Assembly (NCBI GenBank): GCA_040954595.2
Contig: CM082587.2
Coordinates: 7,615,705-7,679,704, forward strand
Length of the DNA: 64,000 nt
Direction of reading: 5' to 3'
DNA from: Balanoglossus misakiensis
Lineage: Eukaryota > Animalia > Hemichordata
Position numbers and translations under genes: made by a program. This document shows, in pieces, positions 31,214 through 62,786 of this stretch (position 1 is its first letter; the number at the start of each line of letters is the position of its first letter). The notes beneath the pieces were generated by a model. That model did not search any database. It was not told the origin of the DNA and saw only the letters and a list, made by a program, of their open reading frames with translations.

Positions 31214-32371
31214 TTTAACTCCCCCTTCCGCCGCCCCCAATAATAATAATGGAAGTAATTTACACGTAACTGGGTTGCTTTGGCAACCGTCACACAACAA
31301 TGTACACAACACTGAAATTAATGAATCATGAAATAAAGTGACCACGCCTTCACATCTATTGTATACATGTACCGGTACATTGAAATAACAGAGGGAAGAC
31401 GATAGAGTGTGTTTCATATTTCATTAACTTGTCATTCATTATTGATGTCGTTTGTATCCTCAATGCAATTAAGACAATAATAAGCGATACCCCGGTGAGT
31501 TATCATGACAATTTTTAATATGTACTAAGTATGATTGTCGACGTACAAACATGGTAGCCATGGCGACCTCGCTAAAGAATGGATGATGAGGACAGTCGCA
31601 GCAAAATGAAATCACCTCCGTCGAGATCACGACGATTTTCTAACGTGGTAGTTTGGATATACATGTACTCCCATTTGCATGTTTGCACATAACAACGTGA
31701 TTGACATTTCAGTCTACAGAGCGTGGCCTTGACTGAGACAAAATCGCCACCCGTTGCATAAGAGCTCGCGTTTTGTTTCGAAACCAACTCCAATTTTGTC
31801 AGTTTTTTTGTAACATGGAATGTGTTGACCCCCTAAAGGTGAAGTTCTGCGTTGTGGTCTTCATTGCATCCAAAATAAGTGTACGATGGACGAACCACAC
31901 TGTTGCTTAGCAACTCCATGATCCCTCCTCCGACATTTACCCAGTTCGGTAATCGTGTGAAATGTATTGTGCAGTATGCTTGTTGCATGCATGGTGGCTT
32001 TTCGCGTCGACGTGTTCGTCCAACAAAGTTGAATGTCATAAGAAAATACTCGGGCCTAACGTGTTAGGATATCTAGCATACTTAGCGTCCCGAACTTGTG
32101 GAATATAGAAAAATACAAATGAAACATATATCGCAATAAAATAAGAACAGTCCCTGTCTGTCTCTCTGTCTATCTGTCTGTCTGTCTGTCTGTCTGTCTT
32201 TCTGTCTGTCTTTCTGTCTGTCTGTCTGTGAACGAAAAAAAAGACATATTTTATCGTTCACCATGAGACAGCTGATCCCGGTTAGTTTTGAAACGCTGTC
32301 AAAAATTAACGTTGCACATACAATGACGTCAACACCATATTTTGTTTTATATTTCTAGTCGGGCGAATGCC

Positions 32372-49682
<17,311 letters not shown>

Positions 49683-50206
49683 CGCAAGTGATGACGTCAA
49701 GCGGGATCACTTGCCCATTTGAAGTTTTACGCACTTGGCATAAATCAATTGACCGGGACCTGGTAGAATTGTTGGCGTCGTGAGCGGAACGTTGGCCGCC
49801 CTACGCCAACCTGGAAATCACGTAATTGACACTTCCTGCATCCACAGCCGTTTGACGTGACCACTCCATTTTACTGATGAAGCAGAGCACTTAAAGTGAT
49901 CTGTTTTGGATCATCCGCTTAAGAAGTTAAGCTTTAAAAATTGCCCGTCTAACATAAATAACACGAGTTTGAGTTCGATTTATCTGTAGATCACAATTAA
50001 ACCATTTTTTCGATCTGTGGAGGGGTTTACCACTTTGTTTGCAGACGTAAGTTTTATCTATCACAAGCACATAAATATTACATAAACTGTAATTCCGTCT
50101 CAGTTCTGATTTTATTTCGTACTGGTGCCGTTTGGATGAAGTGACACAGCGGAAGACAATATGAAAATAAGGCCAAAAAATTATATGTGCAGTTCCGATT
50201 ACATGG

Positions 50207-50210
<4 letters not shown>

Positions 50211-50295
<85 letters not shown>
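50211..50295. repeat. (CT)n microsatellite
   Basis: Seen directly. Confidence 0.95.
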
Positions 50296-50298
<3 letters not shown>

Positions 50299-51146
50299 TC
50301 CACCCTCCCTTCCTCCTCAAGTACTTCTCACCTCTCGTAACTGGTCTCACCCTCAACCTACTTCTCCAACTTGAAATGAAAAGCGTGAAAAGTCATGTCA
50401 CTTCGAACAGAGTCATCCTTCCAAGCTTCTGAGAGCTAATATTAGCAAACATGAAAGTGTCAAGAGCAGCGCCGCAACGCTTGAACTTCACTTGAAGAGA
50501 ATAACCCAGAATGTGTAACCTCCGTCCTGCTGTGTTTGACCTCTTTATTGCGAAAGGGTCAGAAACAACGGAGCCAATTTCACCAGGTTGCAGAATTGCT
50601 TCAAACTCAACAGCTGCGTATATACACGCGTGACTTTCACTCACGTGTTCTTTCGGGTTGGACACGGATTCAGATTTGGGGCCGAATCGTGACTCCTCTT
50701 TAGTAATTGACATGTACCTGACCACGGGGAAGGGTCAAGCCTTTGATGTCAGAGACACATAATAAGGAGACATAAAGTGACACTGTGATGAGCACAGCTG
50801 AATCAGAACCATGTTTGCGGCTGCATTTGTAATATTGACGTTGACAGACAGGGTCATCAATCTTTAACGAATGCCATGTTTCTTAAAGGTGAGACTGAAA
50901 GACCACAATTGTAGACAATTTGCAGGGCAATTGTTTCAGTAACACAACCCTTGACAAAATAAACCTAATTCTTGGTTTAGTCCGCACTTTGTCGTGGCAT
51001 ATCGTCACTCGTGACACACGCCGAGTATAGACCTTGGCCGACGTAAAAGACTCGGAATAGTAATGTCCCTACCAATTTCACCGATATATCGATGCACGGG
51101 ACGTCTGTTCGGATTTCAAACCCGTCCTACTTTAGACGACAGTTAA

Positions 51147-51493
51147 AGGGACAAAGTCTCTCTCCAGCTGCCCCTTTTCCATTAATTATGTTTGATACAA
51201 GACACTGGTTATGTTAATGTAAATGTGGATATATAGTTAATCAATGATCAACCACACAAAACTTCCATCCCACTTGTATGATATGAGAGTAAAAACTCGC
51301 CCAAAATGAATAAATGGTAAAGAACGATTATTCATTTTAGCGAGTTTTTTCACTCTCCTGTCTATAAGAGGGATGGAAGTTGTGTGTGGTTGAACGTTCA
51401 TTCACTATATATCCACATGTAGAATAACAAACGGTGTCTTGTATCAAATATAATTAATTGAACAAAGGGCAGCGAGAGAGAGACTTTGTCCCT
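51147..51493. mobile_element. TTAA-flanked, almost fully palindromic MITE (Kolobok-like)
   Basis: TTAA|AGGGACAAAGTCTCTCTC ... GAGAGAGACTTTGTCCCT|TTAA; the arms stay complementary nearly to the centre (AAAATGAATAA / TTATTCATTTT). Confidence 0.85.
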
Positions 51494-54400
51494 TTAACCG
51501 TGTTTCGTCATTGTCTGAATAAATATCGCGTCGACATACAGCTTTGCGCGCCGAGAGGAAAACCTGGGACATATTTGAATTGGAAATTTCTCTCCAGGGT
51601 TTATAGTGTAGGCCTATAGTCTAATCACACGTGTATACGCAGCCATTGTTAACTAATTTGACACTGAGTGTGTCAAGTTGTTGCTTCCTCATGTCTTTAC
51701 CTGCGGATCTGTTGTATTCTAGTTATATAGGTTATTTCAACATCACTTGCTTACGCACAGTTTTGTCCGCCAATTGTCCTCCCCCGACCATCGCGTAAAC
51801 ATGACATTCAAAATGGTTCAAATGAGGGCCATGACCCCCAGGCATGCCCCACGTCGGCGATGGCAATTCATTCAGTAGTTCTAATTTCGTCTCCATGGAA
51901 ATTTTATATCACTGAGAAATGTAGCAGTGCGTTCGTTCTTTTGATCCGGTGCTATTTCGGGCGCGCTGTACGTAATACGCACGCCACGTCAGACGGATGG
52001 ACGCAAATTGCGTAGGTATAATCAAATTATCTATTTATTCCGCTGTTTTGTATTGCCTATTATCATAAAAGACTGAAATAAAATGAATTCAAGAAGTTAA
52101 GAATGGACCGCCGGCATTGCAGAATTATTCGCCTTTTGTGAATTGGTTTAAAATCCATCACCAATATATTGATATAGTGATCTAACAGTTTTATTACCGG
52201 AAGTGGGTTTTTGGCCAGCGCGCAGAATACAAATTGGTAACATCTCTTTCCGGTTTCCGCGACTATATGTGTACGTGTACATCTACTGTGTAACAGAAAT
52301 CCCGCCAAGTTGTGTAAGCACATAGACTTAAAATTTAAAGAGACATAAGCTGGAAATTTTGGCTCTATTTTCATGAGTTTTGTTTTGTGTATAAAATGCA
52401 AATTTTGTTCCACTCCAAACAGTATGCTAATATACCCATAATACTCCGCATGGCAACATAACCTGTATGTGGGTAACCACCACCACCATCATCATCATTA
52501 TTATTAACTGATTTAAATGCCTAATTCAGGGTATTTGACCATTCAACAGTGGTCATTTGCCCGGGGCGGTAGGACTTCGGAATCTTAAAACTGTCACAAT
52601 GGAGCTTGACAGCACGTAGGGTGACTATAAAAACTGTATAGGGTATATAACCAGTCACGGCATCATAGAGGTAAAATCAGACAGTCACGTGACGAGGACC
52701 AGCGACAGGGGGAAAGACGTCATCGTGAAGATATGATATTCTTTAGCGTATTAAGCTGTGGGACAACTTAGTGCATTTGAAAGGCCACCTCATACAGATT
52801 CACATCACGCATTAAAAAATATGCACGAGCGTTCCCTTTTCTCAAATTTCATTCGCTAGATTTAAGAGTCGTAGCTGACCCGGACGTAACCTTGTCAAGT
52901 GTTGGCACACCGTTTGTCGACACGGCATTTCCGAATACAACACGGACGTACGTGCGTCTTCGTAATAATCCAATTGTTTACACACAGCGTGCGACCCCTG
53001 TCGGTGAGAAATCATATTTCCGTTAGATATTTTGAGTGCAAACATGGCATGATAGAATTACCAGGGAAATAACAATCAATTTGTTTGAGTTTCATAGGTA
53101 TATTAGAATCGTACATTCGCAGGAAATTGCTGTCTTCCTGTCTGCATTGAAAGCGGGAGTGTCATTAGGATTGTATCGTGTGGCGCTAAGCGAACGCGTC
53201 TTTTTCCACATCTAGATTACTCCGCACATGCCCAAAACTTTGGAGGTAGAACTTGCCGATATAACCTATCGAGAGAATACTTGCACGACAAATATGTTGG
53301 GGGGAAACCCGAATCTTTACGGTCACTGTAATTACCTTCTTTGCAGGAGTGGGAACACGCTACAAAAACGCTAACGTACAAGCTATTATATGTCCGTTTG
53401 CGTTGAAAACAAAGGAAACTCCCCTCTATAACGGCCTTGCCGACATCTCATTTTTTTGTTTTAAAAGTTGGTTGGTGAAGATCGCGAGGCTTTTGATTGT
53501 AAGCTCAAGACACTATCGATAGTTTTGACATCAAATCGCAAAATTGCAAAAAATCCGATGGTTGATGTCCGGCAATTTGCATTAAATGAGGTGTAATACA
53601 CGCCTTCTGATCATGTTTTACTTTTTGTATCATAATCAAGGCGCCGCTGTCATTTGTGATCCGTCAAGAATAACACGGACTTTTTATTTCGCGTCTGTAT
53701 AGCCTTGTCTTACACGTGCTAAACACCCCAACCTTCAGCATTGATTAGAGGATATGCGGAATCTATCACCTACTTCAGAGTTTGACGTCAGGGCGGGGTT
53801 TTGATGCAAGACGGACTTGTTTTTAAAGTTTCAAAGACCTCCTTTGTTAATTAGCATTAGATCTCAAAGTGTTATAAGTGTCATGTTTTGAGATGCCCAA
53901 ATAGGAGACAACGTCACAAACATTGAATCGTGTACTTAAATATGAAAATTAGCGAAAATGATGTCATTTTTCTAGCGGGCGAATCATTCATAAAATCCAT
54001 AAATTTAACAACATCCTCTTCCCCGGTCTGTTATGTTTTTAACGTGTTAGTGTGACGAACATAGTCATTCTATAAAAAGTATTTGAAAAGGGTAGAGATG
54101 GGGTGAATTCTGTACTACATCAATCACAAGAGTCAGTTTTCTTTTTAAATAAACCCAGAAGACACAAACATGAATTTAATCAAGTTCTTTGTGACGCAAG
54201 GGAGCATCAATTAGTTGGCAAGCGCTAAAACCAGACAATATCTGAGTGGATTCTGATAACATGGAAAGAGTCGTCTTAGAAAAAAAACAGACATAAATTT
54301 TCCCATTTTCAATAGCACTCACGGCATAACTTCTCTAGGAGTATCCCGCGGTATAGCATTTTGTGTCATTTTGTGTAATTGGCACATTTGGCATTTACAT

Positions 54401-54778
54401 CAAATTTTATGATCTAAATTGGCATTTAGAGTCAAAGGAAACGGGTGAAGTTGGTTCCCCTCGTCGTCATCAACGTCTCCAAACATCTACTACACGTAAC
54501 CCACAACATCATTTAACTTCTGGATAACGGGAAGGGGGGCGGTCACTGTTGAATAAGGCAACACCATCCAAATGTCTTGCTTCAATTCATCCTTCGGGTG
54601 CACTGCTTTGTTAACAAGGTCAAGGACTTTAATTGCCTGCATCTGGGGGCGTTTAAAATGTTCGTCGTCATACTCAAAACACTACAATTTGTATGCGTTG
54701 TCTTCCTTTCCTAATGAAGCACGCCCATAACAGAAGGCCAGATATTCTGCATATTTACATAAATATGCCTGATGTAAA

Positions 54779-54966
54779 AGGTATACGGTTACCTATGGAA
54801 AATTAGCTATAGTTACCATGGCAAATTGAGATCTAGCCAATCACAGATTTGTAGTGGGTGGTGGCACACGCGAAAAAAAGAGCGCCACCATATGTTCTTT
54901 AGAACCCTCAAATACGCCATTTCAGCCATATATGGGCGTATGTAAATTGGAGGTGACTGTATACCT
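54779..54966. mobile_element. MITE with AGGTATAC termini (Kolobok-like)
   Basis: AGGTATACGGTTACCT ... AGGTGACTGTATACCT|TTAA; left flank TAAA is an imperfect duplication; relative at 9339-9467. Confidence 0.65.
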
Positions 54967-56621
54967 TTAAGGGTGGGTTACATGGATACCATGAAAATGG
55001 TCGTAGCAAGTGAGTGAACCTGTTAAATTAGACTTGTTACAAGCACATCACTTTGCTATTTAAAATAAGTCATCACGAGAATGGCGCTGAACACGGCACG
55101 CCAATGAGCGTCTCTTGAATTTGACCTACCATCAATTTGCCCTGCACTTAAAATGTCCCTCCTCGTTACCGTGTTGATTTATGCCTCGATTGTTGGCCAT
55201 AAAACCTGCGTTTTAATTCTATGCGGGAAATCATTAACGCCTACTTCGTTCATAAAAAATCTGCTGGAATCATTAAAGTTGAGTGATAAGTGGTAGCGGG
55301 CGACAAAGCCAGAGTGGCTACATTTGTCCTTTCAACAAGGAGTGGTACCCCCCAAGTCAGAAATCTGTTGATTCCTCTAACACGCCGCTGTTGGTTTAAT
55401 CGTGGATACCCGAGTATCTGTGGTATAATCGGAACGTTTAGAAACAAAGAAAACGATCACCAAGTTTATGCAAACTGCCACCAACATAACTGCGTTCTTA
55501 AGCAGGTTAGCATTGCCACACAAAAGGTTGATGACCTTTCGTTTAATAGCATTTTGTCAATGATGTAGATGACTTGTACAAAGATGGGATTTTGCTTTTG
55601 ACGTAGTCGTTTTACCTTGAAAAAATATGCCGCGATTTTCAAAAGGGTTATCTTTATATATCATGATGGTAAAATATTTGACAGATTCAAATTCCAAACT
55701 GATCGTAAGAAAACGTCATTCGACTAACAAATCTATGATCGCCGTTAGAAGTTGTAACAAGGTTTACCTGTAATTTCTATAGACTTGACCTAATAAATGC
55801 AAATAAATGCAAATAAGGCAAGAGTATCAAACACCGCCGACACATTTAACAGGTTTGTGTTTCTTAACAAAGTGGAGGCATCAACCCTTAGCTCATTCAA
55901 ATTATGAAGAAGAAAAAAACTTACCATAAACCCCGTTGCCGTGGCAAATTAAATGACGTCACCATGGTGACGCGATGGAGGAGGATACTATCCTTCAGAC
56001 TCTTTTTCTCGGTATGGGGCCCTCCCAGCATCGCATCATGTGGGCGTTTGCATTGTTGTTAAATACCAGTGAGTCTTGGAGACAGCTTGACAAATAGACG
56101 TCTGACTGGTATCATCGCTCTCTGTTCCAGCTTCGCTCTAATCACTTGCGACATACAACCTTGCTGACTGAAGGTAAGACAATGCAACTGTCCATCCATG
56201 CCAACTTGGCATTTCTTCTCCCGCCGATCAAGCCTCCTTTCCCGGGAATCCGTATTTTTGAACAAACTTTTTTTACATCTCTGCTATCTCCGTTATTATC
56301 GCGTTGCCTCCACAACACACAATTGCTGAAAATTCGTGTATGTAAACCTGTCTACCAATGAGAAAAAACTCTTCTCGCGATGCCCAGTCTAATTTAATAT
56401 GCGCCACGCGAGACCAGTTTTTTTTTTTGTCGCTTGACTTCGATTTGTGATGTCGTCGATTCTAGGTGACCGGGCGAAAACCCAACTGCCTTCATTTTAA
56501 TACAGAGTCTCTGCTAACATATGATTATGAGACACTACTAGGAAATCAAAGCGGTTTCCCTGGCTTAAAACGTACGTGCCAAAAACTTGCATTATTAGTA
56601 TCCTTACCGGATAATAGGCAC

Positions 56622-56718
56622 TGCGCACGGTAAAACAGCGATACGACAACAAGTTTGACATCCTGTCCAGTGCGCACGGCAAAACAGCGATACGACAACA
56701 AGTTTGACATCCTGTCCA
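56622..56718. repeat. 49-bp direct tandem duplication (2 copies)
   Basis: TGCGCACGGYAAAACAGCGATACGACAACAAGTTTGACATCCTGTCCA at 56622 and 56671. Confidence 0.9.
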
Positions 56719-57573
56719 AAAGGTAGGGTTGGTGGGCAATCGTGTAACAGTGCAGCCGCTTCACAAATCATTGTAGTACGTGAGCAAGCTGTGTACCTTG
56801 ACAGCGTGCGCCCACAACGAGAATTCATCACACTCATCAAACGGAAGCAAGTCTTAGTCAAGTTACACCAACATTTATTTTGTTTGCCGGCGCAATTAGC
56901 AGACGGAGCGGAAAGATGCTGTCGAGAAAAGGTGTTAATGACCTCTGTCCAAACGTAGTGTCATTCGAGCTCCGCTGTTCTTTTGCTCGTTATTATCGGG
57001 TTATTCGGAATCCAGTATCGAACGGTCACGGCTTCAATATATACTCACTACAAAGAAAACTGAACCATGCAGCAACGAAAAGGACACCGACATCTCTGCA
57101 TTTTAAGTCACTTAGAAGCTTGTTTCGACTGGAAAACGTTCGAGTTTCCTCGGTGAGGTCATCGGTAGAAAGCAGTTTCTAAATTTGCTCCATTATGGGT
57201 TACATGAATCGAAGCAACATGACTTGTATATGAAAGTAGTGGTAGACATTATCTTGCATCAAAACATCATTAAAACGGCAACTGTTAACATTGTTGGATC
57301 TGATGACTGCACTGGTTCCTTTTATAAAAACACAAAATGATATGTGGATAAGCAGTATATAAGCCTAAGCCTTGGGTAAAAGATTGTTAAATGATGTTCA
57401 TGGACAGTGTCAACTTACTCCGCCGTTTTAGGTAGAATTTAACGTAACAAAATGTTTACTATGATACCGACTATACGAGTTGCCTTTCTGATACTGCGCT
57501 GGATACCAGGCCTAAACTATCATTGTCAACTAATTACAACTGAATTATATTAAATTAAATGAATTATATTACA

Positions 57574-57643
57574 TTTAATTTAATTTAATTTAATTTAATT
57601 TAATTTAATTTAATTTAATTTAATTTAATTTAATTTAATTTAA
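57574..57643. repeat. (TTTAA)n pentanucleotide microsatellite
   Basis: Seen directly. Confidence 0.93.
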
Positions 57644-60600
57644 TAACGTATATCCCATTTCCACTTTGGTGACATCGCCAAAACGTCACGTGTCATTGTT
57701 TGTCAAAACTCTCACCAGTTGAACATTCCCCCTGTACAAAGAACCTGTTGCATGCGGTCTTACATATTCACAACCATTGTGATTGGGACACCATTCTCAA
57801 GAAAAATGTATTTCTCAATTGCTGTTAACTAAATATAATGTGATCAGAGATTCTGTTAAATAGGAGCGGATGGAGGCTTCCCAAAGTGTCTCTTATAAAC
57901 TCTACTTTTACAATATAATTACTGAATGATTTTTGAGCAAATTCGAACTAGTTTCTAATACTTTTGCTTGTAAAGTGTATACATGCTGCAGTCACCAATC
58001 TCACACTTTCAAAACATTTATCGCTTGTAAAATCACAATAGCTAATTACATCAATCGAGTAATTGTTGCGGTGCTTGCACGAGCACGTGTCGCCAGCCAC
58101 TTTCTCTGCTCCAAGTTGTACGTAAATTTCTACTTCATTCGGCTTCTGCGACCAGGTGTATAATGTCTAGACGAATTAGCTTTAATATGTTACGATGTTC
58201 TTTAAGCGAGGGGATTACACTGAAGAATATTTGCTTGACACCGACGTGAATTTTATTCTTGAGCAATGTAATTCTCCCAAAATCGTGTTTGATGAGAACT
58301 ATGGAATTAAATTCTATGCTTTCTTGTCTGGCGGAAGTGTAATTTTATGTGTATTATCCAAAATGGTTAAACCTTCTAATGACAGAAATACAGACAGAAC
58401 GTTAACTACATGTATTTAATATGACAGTTCCATTTGAAAGAAATGGTTACGGTTGCCGGATAAGTGTATGCTTCGATATGCAAGTACAAGTATATTCGAC
58501 TAAAATAAGATCCAACGACAGCACCATGATATTTGGAATGTGTATCACCAAGCATACGCATGATCTATAGTCAAAGTCGGCATGATTCGTACCATCATCC
58601 GCTTGCGAAGGACAAACTTCCGAACTCACAGTGCTGGATCGAGGTTGTCTTCCGGACAAAACAAGAATCGCGGCGGGGGCTCAAAACCATCAGCTGCTCT
58701 ATTGGGCGCCATCATCTTGACCCGTTCGAAATACTATCCGCGCAGCGCAACAACAAAAAAGATATTTGCGAGTACAAATTATAGTGGGGGAAAGCGGGAG
58801 ATTTTAAGGAAAATGTAACCTCTAGTGAAGTGAATAATCTAAATTCTATGCAGTTCATTAAGCGTAACAAATTTAGATAAATGTCGGTTGCCCACTTGCT
58901 GAGTAGCCATGGCAACTTATTGAAAAATCAAACCCTCTTAAGAAACTGTTTCTTACGTGTACATTTGCTCTGATACAATTATTCCGTTGATTTTGAGATA
59001 TCAACTAAAATGTCATTCATCGGTCAAATATTTTCCCCTTCCCTTGTGCCTCCAAAATTATTCTCGTATTAAGGTGTCATGAGCTAGCTGTCTTTTTCAC
59101 GATTTGCCGAAAGAATTCAATCTGCGCCAAAAATACATCGGAATGTGTTGCGTGGAAAATCATATGCGTATTCACAAAATCAGAACTGGTTTCACTGTCA
59201 AGTTTAAAGTCGTCTAGGAGGTATCATAATAAAGGGTGTCAATGGACGCTTGCGCCAATGAGCAGTCGGGATATACTGACCAGCGACACGATTTTCCATG
59301 CACATATCCAGGCGTGATTTTAAACGTTTGTGGGGAAGTTTTAGATGGAGTTAAAAACCCTTATTCTCATAATTATGAAGGAAATTGAGAAAATAAACAT
59401 TCAGATGAAACGTGTAAATTTGAACTATGAGGAATACTGGTGGGCGATGGTGTTCAGAGGCTGCACGATTTAAAAAAATACACAGTTCATTGAAAAACAT
59501 TGACATTTTGTACGTCGATCTTTTTATACAATGACGTTTGTCAACATTGTACTTCGTGTGAATTCAAGAACACGTCAGACGATGTGTGTCTCTGAATTGA
59601 TCTTCCCTAATGAGTGCGATATGCCGCCTTTCCAAAATCGAGAGTACTCCAGCTGCGCGCACACAAAACTTACTTGATTTGATGATGACTCTTTCGCAGC
59701 TTGTCACGAGTTTATTTCACAAGTACCTGTGCACAAAGTCAATCCTTGGTTGCTGATAATGTTCTGCGTGTACTCTCCGTTTGTATGGGGGAAGAGGGGG
59801 GGGGGGGGGGTGGCTGGTCAATGCCCTTATATTCGGGACGTGCTCATCGTGGAGGTTTCGGAAATTTCTCCGAATCAGTGTATTTGCGCGTGTCCACGTT
59901 CGTTGTGGGCTGCGTCAGAGTGTGGAGCGTGGTCACGGTGATCTGCTCCTCCTACAAAGCAAATGACATCACACACTGTTTCAAATTTATGACATTAAGC
60001 TTTTGCCAACATGGGTAAACTTTGCATGATGTATCGCGGCGGCGACCGAACGTGTATCTATAAGGCACCGGCAAATGAAAAGACATCAATTTCCCCAATT
60101 ATGATTTGATGTCGCAGATCTCCGGTGGATTAGCAATCTGATGAGACTCTGATGATCAATATTACAGCAACCAGGAAAATAATTTCTCTCTGCACTCCAA
60201 TTAACGCCAGACTCTGATACATCCAATTGTAGATGGGCATTGCCGGTGGAGGCTGTGGGATAGATAGATATATAGATAGACAGACATTCGCGAGAGAGGA
60301 TGGATGACGAACAGCCCCAGTTTTTTTTTCCCAGGATGATGAAATCAACTCGGAACAAGTGTTCTCTCTATATAACGACATTGGTTTCTGCCAAGTTGGT
60401 CTGTTGGGACCCGTTGCAATACAGACGACGGGTCGCAAAGTTTTAATAACACTGTGTAGTTCCGTTAATGGGAATCATAAATTTTATTAATATTGTCTTT
60501 TTTATGCATTGAAGAGAGGCGCCCAGGTCTATTAAGATCATAGAGTTCGGCTATAATTGTGGTATTGGATAGTAATTTTAGGGATAGCGTTTGATGTCGT

Positions 60601-62682
60601 AGCATTGCAGCTCGTTCTTCATCAAAACTTGCCCTTATCGTCATTGCGCATGTGCATCCAACGATCCACCATCCCATCTGGATATAGTCCCAATTTTGTT
60701 TGCCCTTGTGCAAAGAAAAGTGTCCAGCGAAAATATTTAGTCATTTCATTATGACAATGTTATTTTTTACATACATGTTGTATACTGACTGAACGACCTA
60801 TGGCCGTGTTTAGCCGTTGGTCAGTCAAGGAACACACGAGACTCGTGGTGGCGGGCTCTCGTGCAGTCAAGTGACACGATTTGCCCTGAAACTTGATTTG
60901 TGAGAAAAGAAAAACGGCCACCAATACTGGCGAGTGTAAACTGTCAATGATATCACATACCCATACCCATCATCAATGCATTGTATTATGTGTTGGTCAC
61001 AAACAGACACACACACAAAACGTTTTTATGTGTAATTGAGTATTTGCATACAACTTGCACACTCTTGTCAAAATTTGACATTTCTGTTCAAAGGCTGTCC
61101 GTGACCTTCAGCATGTGTTGAATTTATCTAAAATCTAAGCAGTAATTGTTTAAGCCCAAATTGCTCCGTTGTCTCTTCAGAAGCCTCTGTAGACGAAGTT
61201 ACATTATCAGTGATCTTATAAAATTACGTCTAATCTAACTGGCTGACAGAATCAGCTCCATCGAATCTCATTCACCGCAACGGCGTTATCATTCATCATT
61301 ACCGGCCAGGCTTTCATTTGGCGTGTGCAGCTTTTCTGTCGATCTCGACGGCTAATTGACTTATCTCGGCAAATAAGCATATTACAAACGGCCGTCCACG
61401 TCATTCATTCGTCATCCATTCATGACTGTAATCGAGCAATTAATCAATTTTACACGGTGTCGTCTTAATCTCTTTCACTCATGGGAGCAGTTCGTTACAG
61501 CTCATCTGACGCTCATATTCGTCGGGCGCCGAGAACTCATTCCCGGCGTGTGCGCCTCGCTTCTCCCGGTCCACAAAATGCAGCCCTTATCGTCCGACCA
61601 GCTCCCTCGAAATCTCGTCCTGACAGAACCGAGATCGATCGCACCGCTTATCAGTTCCAATTATACTTTTTTGCGTCGTGGTTCCTGAACACCACGTTCC
61701 CACACATGTTCTTCATGCACCCCTCGTTATGTTCTTGCTCCCCGTTCGTCTGTATTTGACCTTGTCAAACAAAACGCTGGGCGCGGTGCGTTTTCTGAAA
61801 GGTCACGTTATAATCATCGACATACACTTGGAACTTGAAGCTATTTTCTTTCGAGCAGAGCATGTCAGGGTGTGTGGGTGGGTGGATATGTGTGACTTGA
61901 GTGGGGTGGGGTTGGTTTGGGTTGGGTGGGTAGGTTTGAGTGTGTTTGCGTGCGTGGTACGTGGACAGGAAGGGAGGGAAATGGGAAAGAAGGAAGAACG
62001 TTGGGGAGGAGGAGGGGGAGGAGGAGGAGGAAGCGAAGTAACGGTATACACGTAGAATGAGAGGGTGTGAAGAGTTTGTAAACATGCAGGTGCCGTGGAG
62101 AGCGTGGCGGATGGAGCGAGTGTCCACAAACAGACGGCTTTTGTAAGCCTTGCGGAACCATAGTGGAACTGACGTATTTGCCATAACGAACGTGTGACGT
62201 GGAGTGTTGATTGACACGTCCACAATGCTTGGCTATGAACTTGAAAAAGACTGAAAAAGTGGACATCACGTTTGATTTTGAACTGTCACTCGAAACCTTT
62301 TGTGAATGTTTGATATTTTGTGCCAGCTTCAGCATGTCGTGACTCCCAACACCTACTTGGTAAACCCACTCTAGATACACTGCAGTGGTAAACGTGAAAC
62401 CTCCGCTTCCTGAAGTGCTTTCAGTTATGAGGAGTTCGTTGAGTAGACTGTCAACATCAAAACTTCGGAAAATAATAAAACACTTGATGTCCATGATAAA
62501 AATAAAATACAATAATATAGTTTGTCATTCTGTTGTTGAACAGATAAAAAAATAGGAGTAAACGAGCGAGCTGATTTAGGAAACATGTTTTCAATGGAAA
62601 TGAAAAAAAACAATAACCTTATTTTTAGAAAGAGTTCTTCATGAACAAAGAAAACAAACTGACATACAATATTCTGAAAGCA

Positions 62683-62733
62683 CAGACAGACAGACAGACA
62701 GACAGTCTATCAGACAGACAGGCAGGCAGACAT

Positions 62734-62778
<45 letters not shown>

Positions 62779-62786
62779 AAGACAGG
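62683..62786. repeat. (CAGA)n microsatellite
   Basis: Seen directly; related (TCTG)n tracts at about 29478-29522 and 32154-32228. Confidence 0.9.

Noticed and set aside
50393-57182. Assorted 60-116 aa ORFs between 50 and 57 kb
   Set aside because: No recognisable domains and no consistent exon chain found by eye.
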